Below the pieces are notes generated by a model. That model saw nothing but the letters and a program-made list of their open reading frames with translations, searched no databases and had not been told where the DNA came from. DNA of 64,000 nt, taken from assembly GCA_964016885.1 (NCBI GenBank), contig OZ024740.1:301134001-301198000 (forward strand). The letters are read 5' to 3'. This document shows positions 1 to 14,042 of this stretch, piece by piece. Every line of letters begins with the position of its first letter. The stretch's first letter is position 1. The translations under genes and the position numbers were made by a program. This stretch comes from Eledone cirrhosa (taxonomy: Eukaryota).

Positions 1-312
1 TTAATTTTATGTAACAATTAAAGATTCCAAGTAATTTGATGTTAAAGCAAATAAGCAAAGCTTACATTCCGATATTGTTATCACAATACAGATTAGACAT
101 AATGATGATAAACAATTAAATTATATCAAATATTTTTGATTAATTCAAGATATTGACGTTTTAGCAGCATATGAATTAGTCGGCAACATTCTTGATTTAT
201 ATATACTATACGAAATCGAATTGGATGCCTAGCATATTCGTACAGGTTGGACGCACGACCATGTTCGACGCACGATCATAATGTCAATGGCTCGATTCTT
301 TGGCTATTTTGT

Positions 313-315
313 GTA

Positions 316-352
<37 letters not shown>

Positions 353-389
353 GTATATGTATATATATATGTATATGTATATATATATA

Positions 390-472
<83 letters not shown>
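313..472. repeat. (TA)n microsatellite
   Basis: Direct inspection; source of the YIYIYI ORFs. Confidence 0.97.
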
Positions 473-477
<5 letters not shown>

Positions 478-2685
478 CCCTAACAGCCTTATAAAAAGAA
501 GGCCTTACCGACAAGGAATACAACTACATCACCAATTTCAAAAGCAAAACCACCCTTTTCTACGGTATCCCAAAGACACACAAAAGCGAGGTAATAGGCA
601 GGGCCTGTAGGCAAGCTACAGACATTTACATCAATATAGCCCCTCCTGATGACCTTAAATTAAGACCCATAATAGCAGGTACCACATATGAAACCCACCG
701 CCTAAGCAACTTCCTAGATATTCTGCTTAAACCTTTCCTAAAACACATAAAAAGCTTCATAAGAGACGACCTTGACATGCTCAACCACCTCTCAACAACA
801 CTTAATAATGAACATACCCTACTAATGACCTTTGATGTCATCAATCCATATTCTAATATCCCACACGACTTAGGTATAGAGGCAATACAATTCTGGCTTG
901 AACATTTCCCTAGTGAACTTCCACAGCGCATCCCTAAAGAATTTGTGTTGGAGAGACTGAAATTCATCTTGGAAAATACTTCTTCGAATTCGATGCCAAA
1001 TACTACAGAGAGAAATCTGGGACTGCCATGGGCACGAAATTAGCCCCCTCATACGCCAACCTTGTCATTGGATATTTGGAAACCACTCTTTACCGCAAAG
1101 TTCTAGAAAAATACGGCAACCACTTCTATCTACACATAGACAAAAACTGGAAGAGATATCTGGACGACTTCTGCATCCTCTGGCATGAAAGTATAGAAAG
1201 ACTGATTGAGTTTAAAACCCTTCTAAATGCACTCAACACAAACTTAAAATTTACAATCGATTACAGCCATGAACAACTCCCTTTCCTCGACATACTCATC
1301 AAGAAAACAAACAACAACATAGAAACAGACATATACTACAAACCCACAGACTCCAAACAATATCTTCCATTTAGGTCGTGCCACCCTTGCCATACAAAAA
1401 TGGCAATTCCTTATAACCTAGCCAGAAGGATCTGCAGAAAATTTCAGATAAATACAAATGCTACACACGACTAAAAGAATTAAAGAACACACTTATCAGC
1501 AGAAACTACCCACCATCCCTAATCAACAATGGATTCCATCGTGCCCTAAAACTCAAGATCCAGGAACTCAGACACCCCAAACCCAGGAATGAACCGCAAC
1601 AGAAAACTCTACCATACATCTCCACACACAACCCTTTCAACAATGAGGCATTCGACACATTCCTTCAGAACATTCCTTTACTAAAAAGAGACCCAAGAAT
1701 GGACAAAATCCTCCCAACACACAACATCATAAAGAGCAAAAGACAACCGAAATTCAGAAAAAACATCCTCACACAAGCCAAAATCCAACCAACCCTCACA
1801 ATGAACCCTACAGTAAAAAAATGCGGAAGGCCCAACTTTTCATAGAAGGTTGAACATTCCATTTTAAACAAGGTCAACATTTCACAGTTAAACACAACTT
1901 TACTGGTGCATCTGAAAACTTAATCTATGCTTTGACCTGCTCAGGCTGTCAGGAACACTACATAGGTCAGACAAAAAACAGCCTCCGACAACGTATGACC
2001 GTCCATAGATCACAAATCAAAATACATGAATACAGAAAGATTGCTTTTAGTGAACATATCACCGATTGTACACCTAACCAGCATCCACTATTTAAAATTT
2101 TCCCCATTTACAAATTCATAGACAACGCTTCTTTCATCCATCGTACCAATAAGGAGACCTACGTCATTGACAAATTCCAGCCTCTACTTAATGGACTAAA
2201 CTTCGGACTAAACTAAAACTGGAACGAACAACCAAAACCAAATTCCTATGTTATCTAAATAGTTACCTCCCTCACACCCTACCTAATCCTTTTTCGTATA
2301 TAAATGAATTACCCCCTCTAATTTCTCTCTCCCTTACATGACCCCTCTGAATTACCTCCCCCTCTAAAAAGAGAAATCATATCAAATCCCTGACTACCAT
2401 TTGCCTCCATCATGTATCAACTAAACGCTCTTGCCATAACACATTTTGAACTGCTTATCCTCAAGAACTATGCCTGTAAATAATATTTGTTTCTCTCCCA
2501 TTACATTATCATGTTCCACATCACCCGCTTTTTATTTCCTTTTCACTTAAAAAACCTTGTTTGTAAATAATATTGTTGTTTCTTCCCCATTTCCTGAACA
2601 TGTTCAACATCACCAACATTTTACACCAATACAAATTACCCCCTTTGCTAATGCATAAAATGCTGAAACCGGTAATAGACAATTA
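473..2685 (+). mobile_element. 5'-truncated, frameshifted Neptune-type Penelope-like element (RT + GIY-YIG)
   Basis: ORF pieces 777-1043, 1028-1474 and 1932-2216 give FDVINPYSNIP, MGTKLAPSYANL, WKRYLDDF, YYKPTDSKQYL and CSGC..YIGQT..RQRMTVHRS. Clearly related to 38600-40748. A GAAACCGGTA hammerhead remnant lies at ~2665-2674. Confidence 0.92.
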
Positions 2686-2900
2686 TCTATATATATAAAA
2701 CTGAGGATGACTGTGGGTGTGAGTTTGAATCCCTAAAACTAGAGAAGCACCCAATCGACTGTTTTCAAACTTTACACATGTAATACTTATATTTCAGTGA
2801 GTGTGCTGAACCAACATAATTTAAAATTGTCAATGCCCTAGGGACCGCATTAGGCGATTTAGCGATCTCTCTATATCATTCTTAGTCTTTCTCTTTTTAG
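2686..2900 (+). mobile_element. Possible non-autonomous Helitron 5' end fragment
   Basis: TCTATATATATAAAACTGAGG.. start resembles the 5' end of the Helitron at 52174; no 3' hairpin/CTAG seen. Confidence 0.35.
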
Positions 2901-3046
2901 ATATATACATACATATAACGTCGCGCCCTTATATTATCTGTATGTATGTCTGACTGTCTGCATTACGTCAATTCCTACAATTCGCACTGCGTCCAGAACG
3001 CGTCCCTATAATATCTGTCTGTATGTCTGTATGTCTGTATGTCTCG

Positions 3047-3119
3047 GAGTCGATAAAATAAAGTACCAGTAACGTACTGGGATCATTGCTGGCCTTGTGC
3101 CAAAAGTAGAAACAATTAT
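3047..3119 (+). mobile_element. SINE 3' fragment (same family as 8200-8383)
   Basis: GTCGATAAAATAAAGTACCAGT...GGCCTTGTGCCAAAAGTAGAAACAATTAT matches the 3' half of the 8200 copy. Confidence 0.85.
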
Positions 3120-4165
3120 CCTCTTTTCAAAACTTTTTATATGAATTACCATCATAAATACATATTTTATTTGTATATAATTATTCATATTATTTGAAAT
3201 TATGTGCCTATGTAAAATATTTGGATAAGTTCTATTTTGCATTTCATATGCAATTTTCTTGAATTGTTTCTGAGGAACATTTTCTTTTTTACCCATAATG
3301 ATTCAATAGTTAGTATATTAGGAAATTTAAATAGTGTAATGAAATTACATTTCGCATTATTTGTCCATGTTTGTAAAACACTGATATTTACGCCATTGGA
3401 GTCATTTCGAGAGTTGTAATTCATCAAGAATATATTCGATTCTCACGTATCCTCATACCGTAATATGAAATGAAAGAAAATAGCTGTCATTATAATTTCA
3501 GTAATGAACATGAAAATCATAAGAAACAAACAAAATATGAAAAAAAGAAAACCAGACAAGGCTGCAATCTAGAATACAATGAGATTACACAATGTATTTG
3601 TAGACTATTCCGGATATGTGTATCTGGTTGATATAGATCTTTAGGGGTTTCTGTTAGTATTATGGTCCAAATATAGTCCAATATACATTTTGTGAGTGCT
3701 TGCTATTGTTTCATCCGAGGTCTGCATTCGTAACACCAGACAAAATACAGACAAAATCAAGACAAAATACAGACAAATTCAATTTGTCCGTGATCAAATC
3801 TCACTTTATCCAACATGGGTTTTCCAAGACAAGGTGTGTTTAGAATGAAGCTGGTGTCTTTTCTGGAATGTCGATTAACAGCATAATGGTTATATCTTTC
3901 AAATGTATTTAGATAATTTGGCTGTAGGAACGACACATTGGTCAATTTCGTCTGGTCAGTGATTGACACCTTCGATACAATTTCAAATAGCGAATAATTG
4001 AGAATTGAGTCAAAATACTCGTTTGGGACCCGATTGTCAGTAGTCACATAAATTGAGGGAGGGCTTGCGATTTTCTCTAAGCAGAAGCTTCAGATAGAGG
4101 GTGAGATTAGAAGTGTTATGCGCTGGTGCGGGGATGTTTGTATGGTATGGAGCTTGGATATCTCA
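3120..4165 (-). pseudogene. Degenerate LRR-like extracellular protein coding remnant
   Basis: Broken frames give FPNILTIESLWV, YPNILHRHIISNN and LDKVRFDHGQI, plus several N-x-S/T sequons; an open frame runs ~4161-3757. Confidence 0.3.
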
Positions 4166-4649
4166 AATTTGTAACATTAAAATTATCTGTGAATTATAGT
4201 CATACATAAGAATAAATTCATTACAAAATAGTTTCCGCAGCTAGATTTTCGGGGCCTAGGAGTCACAACGACTTATCTACTTATTGCCTAGAGAGATATA
4301 TACATTAACGTATTTAACTTGCTTTTGTTGTATGGTAATAAATAATTAAAGTTCAATGTATTTACACATATATGCTGAATGCACTGAGGAATACAAAGTA
4401 ATATCTAAATATCATTTTGCATTAAGGAGCTGATATCAGAAAATACGGTGACCTTCAATTTAAAACAGAATTGAGTACACTTTATTTCATGGGGACCGGT
4501 GAGAGTTTCACAAAACAAAGACATTACATAAACATCGTATAGTGTAGATTGCAGGAGGAAATATGTTTGAACACGCATAAACAACACTAAATGACTTCTA
4601 TAATCTTGAATTTGAATATTGGTATATAAGAAACATCTTTTAGAAGGGC

Positions 4650-6960
4650 TTACACTTTATTCAAGAAGTATATAATTGTGTTATTGCGACTTGCTTCATA
4701 GCACACTTAAACACACATTCACAAAATAATATTTGCATCTTAAGAGAACATAATAGATAGAGTTTTAGGACAATGGGATTGATGAGTTAATATCTGTATA
4801 CAACAACTACAACGGTACGCTATGTGGTCCACCCACAGCCCCGGCGGACAGAATGGAGAAGGCGTTTCCCCGGTGGACGGCAAGGGAGACGCGCTGGAAA
4901 AGCCACTCCAACTCGCGGGGCTCACACCTGGACTAACCAGCTCAGCGCCTATGGTGGTCAGTAAGGAGGTAGCCCTGGGGCCGAGGACACCAGAAGTCTA
5001 GACTGTCAGGGGTACGACCGCAAACCTGTCTGAGAGCGACCGGTATTTGAGGAGTTTGGCCCCCTCAGCCCGACGTGCAGCAGTACCTGGGTCAGTCGCA
5101 GACTGCAACAGGTTGCGGCTGCAGAAAGAGTCGGTGCAAGTGGCATCCCATACGAGCGTTTTGCCACCGCGGAACGGGAAGCTAGTCATGCCATCTGGCC
5201 TTTTGCCGTCCCCTCAATCCAGCGCCACCGGCTCGAGCTGGGAAAGGAAGCCTGCAACGTCCAAGCCATGCTTAATAACCGCGTTGAGGGCAGCATGGCG
5301 TGGAATGCGGCCGGCACTGTGGCGACAGGAAAGCGGGTCGAGGTTGAAAGAGTGCACCGTGGAACCGCAGCGACACTGGTGTGACTGGCAGATCCAGAGG
5401 CCAAGTCTCAGGGAAACGACGATGCGCAGGCTATGGGGTTTGGAGGCCGCACGAAAATAAGAAAGGCGGTGCTGGTCCAGCTGGCGCGTGAGCCTGTCTG
5501 AGGCTAAGCTGCACTGGATGGCATCCCAGGAGCGTTGGGAGGACTTGACGTCAACAGGGGGAGAAGGCGGAGCGACGTCTACTGGGCTAAGTCCCAGCCG
5601 GTCCCACGTCTCACAGGCGGCCTCACGTTCCCTGAACACAGAGGGTTCTGTTGTGTTTTGAAGAACCCTGCTGACGTGACGCGGCCTGAGGTTACCGACA
5701 AGAGATACGCCGGCAGAGCTAGTGAGATCGGGGACCGGAGACCAAGGCAGCCATACCTGACAGGTAAAGTGGCCTGTTGCCACCCTATGATGTCAAATAT
5801 GACGTTGCATATCCCCTCGGCTGCTGCTCGGATACAAATATCGAGGTCAGTGAGGAGAGATGTCTGGGTGTAGCCCGGCGCACTCCGGAGTGTATAGAGG
5901 CGCTTCGGCATGGCGAAGCAGTTCCTCAGCAGAAAGAGAGCTGGGTCGCCGTCAATCAAGCCCAGTCGGCTCGTGAGAGTCTGGGACTGTTGAAGCCTGG
6001 ACCTGATGGTGGAGTGGATAGCTGGCGTGTGGATCAGTGACCCGAGGATGAGGACATCCTCTTTGGGGGTCACCTGAACTTCGCGGAGAATGGACCTCAC
6101 GTCCATGACGGAGGCTGCAACGCTCTCGGCATAGAGGCTGACATTCACCACCTCCGACTTGGCCACCTCCGACTTGGCCGAGTTGACCTGGAGGCCGATT
6201 CCCGCCAGGGCAGGAACCACCAATTGGTCATTGCAGACCATCCGTAAGGGCCCGCTCAACGTAGCATCATCCAGATACCAAGCATTGAGAGGGGCCGTGA
6301 TACACGGGGCAATGTGGTCAATACCAAGGGCGAACAGGAGGTGTCCCAAAAGGTCGCCCTGTTGAACTCAAGTAGCCGAGGGTATGACCGTATCAGCAGC
6401 ATGCTCGGGGCTCCATATGACAGGTAGGCCAGTGGGTAGGCAGAGGGGGCTCGACTGAGGCAGGCCTCGGGTAGATGATCCCGGCGTAAAGAGTTGCAGG
6501 CATCCTCATGTCAAGTTTGACAATGAGGTGCCCGGAGTCCCTGAATGCCGGTTCCAATGGGCAGCTGTTGAAGAACGGCCTGGTTGCATGAACGGCCCCC
6601 TCTCTGCCACCGGATACGCCGACACCCTGTTGCACCGGACTAAACTCCTCACCCAGTTCGTGTGTTACGGACTTGCACATCACCTTCGCAGCCTGCCTCC
6701 GGAATACATTGCCCACGGCATTGGGGCGAACGCCACCCTCGTTCTTCCTAAGAGCCGTGAGGCTGGCCGAAAAAAAGAGACCTCGGCCGGAAGGGTCCAG
6801 GCACCATGGATGAGCCTATTGGTGAGCGCCACAATTGCACTCAGAAGGCGGCGCTCGGCCTTAGCGGAGAGTGGGGTGTCAACTCCTTGAGGTGGCCTGA
6901 TCGAAGACCATCAACACCTCCGCAGGTGCTGGGAAGGACCTGATGGCGGACATGATGTCA
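4650..6960 (-). mobile_element. CRE-clade non-LTR retrotransposon (RT + RLE endonuclease), 5'-truncated and frameshifted
   Basis: Motifs QQGVGVSGG, WYLDDATL, CRCG..LSC..RHAALN, PDGMTSFPFRGGKTLVWDATCTDS and C-terminal HRGNAFSIL; GC-rich relative to the flanks. Confidence 0.88.
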
Positions 6961-6975
6961 ACACACACGCACATA

Positions 6976-7016
<41 letters not shown>

Positions 7017-7019
<3 letters not shown>

Positions 7020-7206
7020 AATAAGTATGACCCTGACGGCAGAGCTCAAGCCGTTTCGACGGCTATTTCTGGACTGAAATAGCCGTCGAAACGGCTTGAG
7101 ATCTTCCGTCGGGGTCATACTTTGTCTTATTTCCCACTCTATTACCCTAAGTATTGAGTACACTGGTGCGTTATGGTCCATCTAGTTTCTTACCCCATCT
7201 CATTTG

Positions 7207-7208
<2 letters not shown>
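7017..7208 (+). mobile_element. Miniature PLE end with inverted 5' arm (near-perfect hairpin) and GAAAC..GTC hammerhead half
   Basis: 7023-7067 is the reverse complement of ~7076-7121; GAAACGG..CCGTC^GGGGTCATAC; flanked by (TA)n on both sides. Confidence 0.65.
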
Positions 7209-7240
<32 letters not shown>

Positions 7241-7569
7241 TTGATTATGTAATAAATAACACAATATAATTATTTCATTACCCAAGGTTTTGCAAAGCTA
7301 GACGATTCTAACAGAAACGTCTGAATTCATTCATGAGATGAAATATCTTTGTTGCGGATATAAGATATGAAATTAAAATATATTTCAAATGAAAGTGAGA
7401 CTGTATTAAAATAACGAAAAAGATACATGTACCCACAGAATCAGATACACATAGATGCACACATACATAACATTGAAGATAAAATTAAACAGAAAAAGAT
7501 ACATACACACACATATACAAAGACTTACGCAAATATATATATATGCATTGTCAGAATTTATCAATATAT

Positions 7570-8192
<623 letters not shown>

Positions 8193-8199
8193 TCCCTAT

Positions 8200-8383
8200 G
8201 GATTGGCAGTATCGGTAGAGGGTCGGACACCATGCTTTGAAGCATAGAGTTACGTCCCTTTATGATCTGAGTTCAAATCTCGCCGAGGTTAACTTTGCCT
8301 TTCGTCCTTACGAGGTCGATAAAATAAAGTACCAGTAATGTACTGGTTAATTGCAGGCCTTGTGCCTAAAATAGAAACAATTA
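8200..8383 (+). mobile_element. tRNA-derived SINE
   Basis: A-box-like TGGCAGTATCGG, B-box GAGTTCAAATC; further copies at 3047, 18709, 46750 and 48128. Confidence 0.88.
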
Positions 8384-9294
8384 TATATATATATATATAA
8401 TATTGTATATATATATATATATATATTGAGAAATATATTCTGACAATGCATCTCCACATACTTCAATTATAAATCTAATATGGTTTCTTCCTCGAGGACA
8501 GAGAATTGGTTTATTAATTCACTGAATTTATCTGTTTATTTTCTGTGTCATTATTCCTAATGCATAATGCCAATGGCTAATAATGACACAGCTATTAGTC
8601 TGTAAAATTATATAAGCTATTAACTTCTTTACAGTGTATCAAAATGATTGTGAAAAAATATATAACGAAACTTGGAGGAAAAAAGATGAAAGTGAAAATC
8701 TACAAATGAAGGCCAGTAAGAATAAAATAAATTTAAGCCCACAAGAAGAGAATTATTTCATATTCTTGAAAATGTGTTATATGCTTTTTTTTCAGCTAAT
8801 ATATTATCTAAATCAAAGAAATATGAATTTTAAAACTTTGGCTTCCAGAATTTTTGTGATGTAAAATCTAAAATATGCGCTTTTTTCTATAGAAAGATAT
8901 CTCTAGGCAATTGAAATAAATATAATAAGAAATCACCAATTAAATATAAACAACAACAATTATTTGCGAAGGTTAATGACGGCAACGACGCTTCCTAACG
9001 ACGCTCACACATTATTAGAAACACATACAAAGAAATATTATATTCAAATTATATACGAAGTAAATTACAATTATTGTGTATAGAACTTCTCTCACCATAC
9101 CAAAAATATATTGAAGTATTCCATTATAATCACCTTCATTATATATGTATGTATGTTCTTCTGGTTTTATAATTTCACAAATTTTTACCAATAGAGAGAG
9201 TCTGTTTCTAACATAGACAGAAGACACTCTCATTGGAATTTACACATCAACTAGGTAGATTATGTATGCATGCTTGAATGCATGCATGTGTAGA

Positions 9295-10322
9295 TATTAT
9301 GTTATTGTATGTGTGGATGTGGATGCTTTGAGTTGTATGAGTGCATGTGTATGCTTTGTATCTGTACATGTGTTTATGCAGTTATTAGATGCACAATTTG
9401 GAATGTTTTACATATTTTTACTGTTCCATTAATGGATTGTACTTGTAATTTCCTAACTTGTTGTGTTCTTTCTGTTCATGTGAAGCCTATCTTCTCAAGA
9501 TTTGTACTGAGGCAGTTACTAACATACCCGAGTGCCCAAATAATCACAGGCATAAATCTGAAGGTGTAAACAGGGTGGAGTATCTGCAGATTTTTCATCA
9601 GTTCTGCATAAATATTCTCCTTTTCGCTAATCTTTGAAATTATATTGGCATCTGCTGGGCAGCTAACTTCCACTACTGTGCATGCTTACTTTTCCCTGTC
9701 CCATATCATAATATCTGGTCTTTTATGCCTGCATTTTACTGGAACATTTCACCTGTATTCTTTCATATTATGTATATGGATGTCTTCCACATTGCTGTAG
9801 CTTTTAATGTGCTTATTATCGGTGATATCTTTTCTACGGTTTGCATTGTACATTGTTTTGGCCACTACATCATGCCGCATAAGTAGATGGTACCACGATG
9901 ACATCTTTGGACAGCTGCTGGTGACATGGGTGACATCTTCGATGTTACTTCTGCAGAGTCTGCACATGTTATCACATCTAGGTTATTTGCCTGCATCCCT
10001 ATCTCTTTTGTGTATCAGGTATTCCGCGTTAATCTGGTGTTTTGGATTGCAAAAGCGCATCCTTCAAAATGGGGGCCACTATAGCGGTTGTTGGTCCAAT
10101 ATAGACTACTTTACTTATCTAGATTACTCTCACTCTGGAGCTTCCTGGCGAAATATCCATGCATGATTTTTTTGCTGATAATCATGCAGTTTTTCATCCA
10201 TGGATTCTGTGTGGGAGTTTTTAATTATCACACAGGGAATATCTCTCTAGGAGTCCCTTCCTAACTCTCATGATATTATCTGTTTCCTGCAGATAGACTT
10301 GCTCGAGAGACGGGCTGTATGC
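9295..10322 (-). mobile_element. R4/Dong-like RLE non-LTR retrotransposon 3' fragment
   Basis: CRLC...HVTSSC...RHD zinc knuckle, RPDI, VEVSCPAD..K..IY and PVII.ALG restriction-like endonuclease motifs. Confidence 0.85.
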
Positions 10323-10350
10323 ATCTATATACATATATATATATATATAT

Positions 10351-10381
<31 letters not shown>

Positions 10382-10909
10382 CGATATTAAACAAATGGAA
10401 ACTATATTTATAAACCATATTTATTTCATTATATATATTTCAGGGATACCATATTAAAAATATGGTATGCCTTCCTCAGACAAAATACAATATATAAACC
10501 GTTTTATAAATAAATTTGACATACCTAGAACAGTGCAACTTCCATTTAAAAAGTTGATTTGGTAGTGAAAATGTTGAGGACAGTTAAAAAAGAAGGACGA
10601 AGGAAAAAGAGAAAAAAAAATAAAAAATAAAAAAAGAAGAAAAAAGAAAAAAAGAAGAGAAGAAGAAAGAAAGTGTATAGTGCTAAGGACAGTTAGAGAT
10701 CAAGATGAAGAGATGTATGTAAAGAAAACAACAGAGCTAGATAGAGAGAAAGAGATATGGGAGAGAGAAATATATTGAGGAAGTAAAATGATAGGCAGCT
10801 TGGAGACAGATGATCAGCGTACAAATGAGATATTAAGGAGGGAAGGGGGTACTGTAATTATTTATTTATTTATTTATTTAGTTATAGTGTTAAGGATACA
10901 GAGAGAAAT

Positions 10910-11296
10910 TGCTTAGTTAAAAATATAATATACAACTGTAATGTTAAAACTGACTTAAATTCTTTTAACTATGTTGGTTCCACCTCGACAGAATTTAAAC
11001 TTCGCTATAATAATCACAAGAACTCTTTCACGGATCCAAGTAAAAAATCTTCAACATCACTATCAGGTTTACTCTGGCAACTTAAACATGATAACATTGG
11101 ATATTCGATGGTTTGGAATATAGTCTCAAAAGGGATTCCTTTTAATTCCTCTTCTGAGACATGTGACCTCTGCGCGGAGGAGATATTCTTTATACTAAAA
11201 TCTAAAAATTCCCTTAATTTACGGACCAATTTATTCAGCTGCTGCAGACATAGATTGAACTCAACTTTTAAATATAATTATGAATTTAAAATGTAG
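10910..11296 (+). pseudogene. GIY-YIG endonuclease domain fragment of a PLE
   Basis: Open frame extends upstream of the 11108 ORF: CLVKNIIYNCNVKTDLNSFNYVGSTSTEFKLRYNNHK. Confidence 0.85.
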
Positions 11297-12818
11297 TATA
11301 TTTACTTAAGATATTTAACTATTTATGAAACTTGCCGATAAATCTTTCGATTCCTTCAATCTTTTTTTAAAAACCTTCTGCATGAGTATATAATTTAATA
11401 AGATTAATTAAAGTACCCTATAATGGTGAGGTTCCCAATCTATTGAATACATTTTTAAGCTAGATAAACTTCTATAATAAATATAAGAGCATCTGTAGAA
11501 TACATTTTTTTTTTTTATGATTTCTGCTAAATAAGGTTTGTTGAATAATTTTGGTTTGGTTTACTTTTGATTCTGATTGCTTCTAATGAACTTGACAATA
11601 TATTGTCAAATAAATTTGAAGGGTGGTTTTCTGTGGTTGATATGCGTGGCATACTATGTTTTATTGCGTCCCTAGTTACTCTGTGGAGTGACGAAGATAT
11701 TCTTGGCGTTTTTAATATATTTTTTAATATATTTTTAGTATATTTTTAATATATTTTTAATATATTAATATCTGTTGTCTATTCTATGCTTGAACGATAA
11801 TCATGTAAGTGAGGGCAAGAATATTATTATTAATATTAATGTACACTTTATGTCTATATATATATGTGTGTACATATATGTATGGTGGAATCTTTTGTAA
11901 CGCAATGAAGCTTTTCATGAAAATATGAATTTACAGAGCCGATCACGTAAATTCACATGTGTGTCTATAATTGTCAACTTGAATTTGAGATAACCTTCTC
12001 TTTTCTCTTTTTCTTTTTTCATGAAAATGCATATATACTTATGTATTTCAGTATTTTTGAAGTTTTATCTCAGATTTTGCTTATAAACCTAAGAATTTTT
12101 AAACGAAACATGGAGTCATTATTTTTTTCATTTTTTCACACATTATTGATATGTGTCTCATTCATGAATATTGATATCTACATTGTAATACCTAATTCAT
12201 ATGAATTGATAATTCAAATGGACGAGACATAATATTTTAAATATATCATCTTTCTTTCTTTTTTCTCCTCTACACTTGACGGGATTTATATATCGGCTGT
12301 TTTTAATTGTATCTCTCCCACCTCGTATGATGGATATTACTCGATCTACCTCTTTTCTCCCACCACATATATTTCTCTCTACCTCTCTTTATTTATCTTA
12401 TTTCTCTCTGTATCCTTAACACTATAACTAAATAAATAAATAAATAAATAATTACAGTACCCCCTTCCCTCCTTAATATCTCATTTGTACGCTGATCATC
12501 TGTCTACAAGCTGCCTATCATTTTACTTCCTCAATATATTTCTCTCTCCCCCCATATCTCGTTCTCTCTATCTCGCTCTGTTGTTTTCTTTACATACATC
12601 TCTTCATCTTCATCTCTAACTGTCCTTAGCACTATACACTTTCTTTCTTCTTCTCTTCTTTTTTTTCTTTTTTCTTCTTTTTTTATTTTTTTTATTTTAT
12701 TTTTTTTCTTCGTCCTTCTTTTTTAACTGTCCTCAACATTTTCACTACCAATCAACTTTTTAAATGGAAGTTGCACTGTTCTAGGTATGTCAAATTTATT
12801 TATAAAACGGTTTATATA

Positions 12819-12890
12819 TTGTATTTTGTCTGAGGAAGGCATACCATATCTTTAATATGGTATCCCTGAAATATATATAATGAAATAAAT
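12819..12890 (+). ncRNA. Minimal type I hammerhead ribozyme in PLE pLTR (inverted copy ~10420-10490, minus strand)
   Basis: CTGAGGA (12830), stem II AGGCATACCATAT/ATATGGTATCCCT, GAAA (12868), palindromic TATATA stem III, UA^ at ~12879, stem I TATTTTGT/ATGAAATA. Confidence 0.75.
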
Positions 12891-13015
12891 ATGGTTTTAT
12901 AAATATAGTTTCCATTTGTTTAATATCGTAAACCTACTCCAAAACTTGTTGAGTGCTTTTATATCAGTTATAAAATATTTACTCGTTGTAACCCTACAAT
13001 TTTAAATAAAACTTT

Positions 13016-13062
<47 letters not shown>

Positions 13063-13066
<4 letters not shown>

Positions 13067-13993
13067 AGGATAAAAAGGACGATTTATTATTCCTTCATTG
13101 CATTTATTGATAGGTGACGCGCGTTTCGCCAGTGATCAGCTCAAGGTTTGATCTATATCGATCCTACCCGACTCAATAATCGGCGGCTCGACGGACCCTC
13201 TTAAAATGCTATGAGAAAATGAAATACATGCTATGTGGTAAAGTCAGAGTTTCAAGAGTTTGACAAAATGAGTTGTTTTGATTGGTGGGAAGGATCAAGG
13301 CGATGTACTGGCCTGTAGTGTATATGGGGGTGGGTGTGATGGTGAGATGTTGGTGACGGTCGGTGGACCAGGTGGGTTGTGGTGGCGGGTTGGCCATGGC
13401 GTGTAGAGTATGTGGGGGTGGATGTGATGATATGGTGGTGGTTATGGTTATTTAGTGGGATGGGCTGTGGTATGAGGTTAGTGGATTGTCAGTAGACGGG
13501 TAGGCGTGTGGGTGGGGATGTGGTAGTGGTGCCGTTGTCTATGGTAGCGGCGTTTGTGGTGGTGTGGTGGATGTATTGGTGGTGTCAAGGTCCTTATATA
13601 GATACATAGTTAGACGCTCTTCGTCTGACAGATACTATGTATATACGTATACGCACACACAAATATGTATATACGTACACATATATCGTTGTATAAACAC
13701 ACACAACACAAAACACACACGTACATCCTTGCCCACACATATCGACACACGCTCATACACAGCCATATGTATATGTACACACATGTATGTTCATGCGCGC
13801 ATGCGGACACGAATATGGAGAGTGGGGGAGTATCGGTGGGGGTGACGAACGACAGAGATGGGGGGAAAGGTGAGAGGCAATGTAGAAGGTGTTTTACATA
13901 TATACATACACACACATACATATGGGTATGGGCACATGTACTCACACTCACGTATGCAAAATATACACATACACACTCACACACACGTATACT

Positions 13994-14042
<49 letters not shown>

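Larger units (their letters stand above)
10378..13018 (+). mobile_element. 5'-truncated PLE (Hydra-like GIY-YIG) with inverted 5' pLTR arm
   Basis: Endonuclease frame 10910-11296 (IIYNCNV..YVGSTSTEFKLRYNNHK..CDLC..CCRH). 10378-10909 is an inverted copy of ~12400-12930. Flanked by (TA)n. Confidence 0.88.

Noticed and set aside
8200-8285. tRNA gene
   Set aside because: A/B boxes are present but there is no cloverleaf, and it continues into a repeated SINE body.
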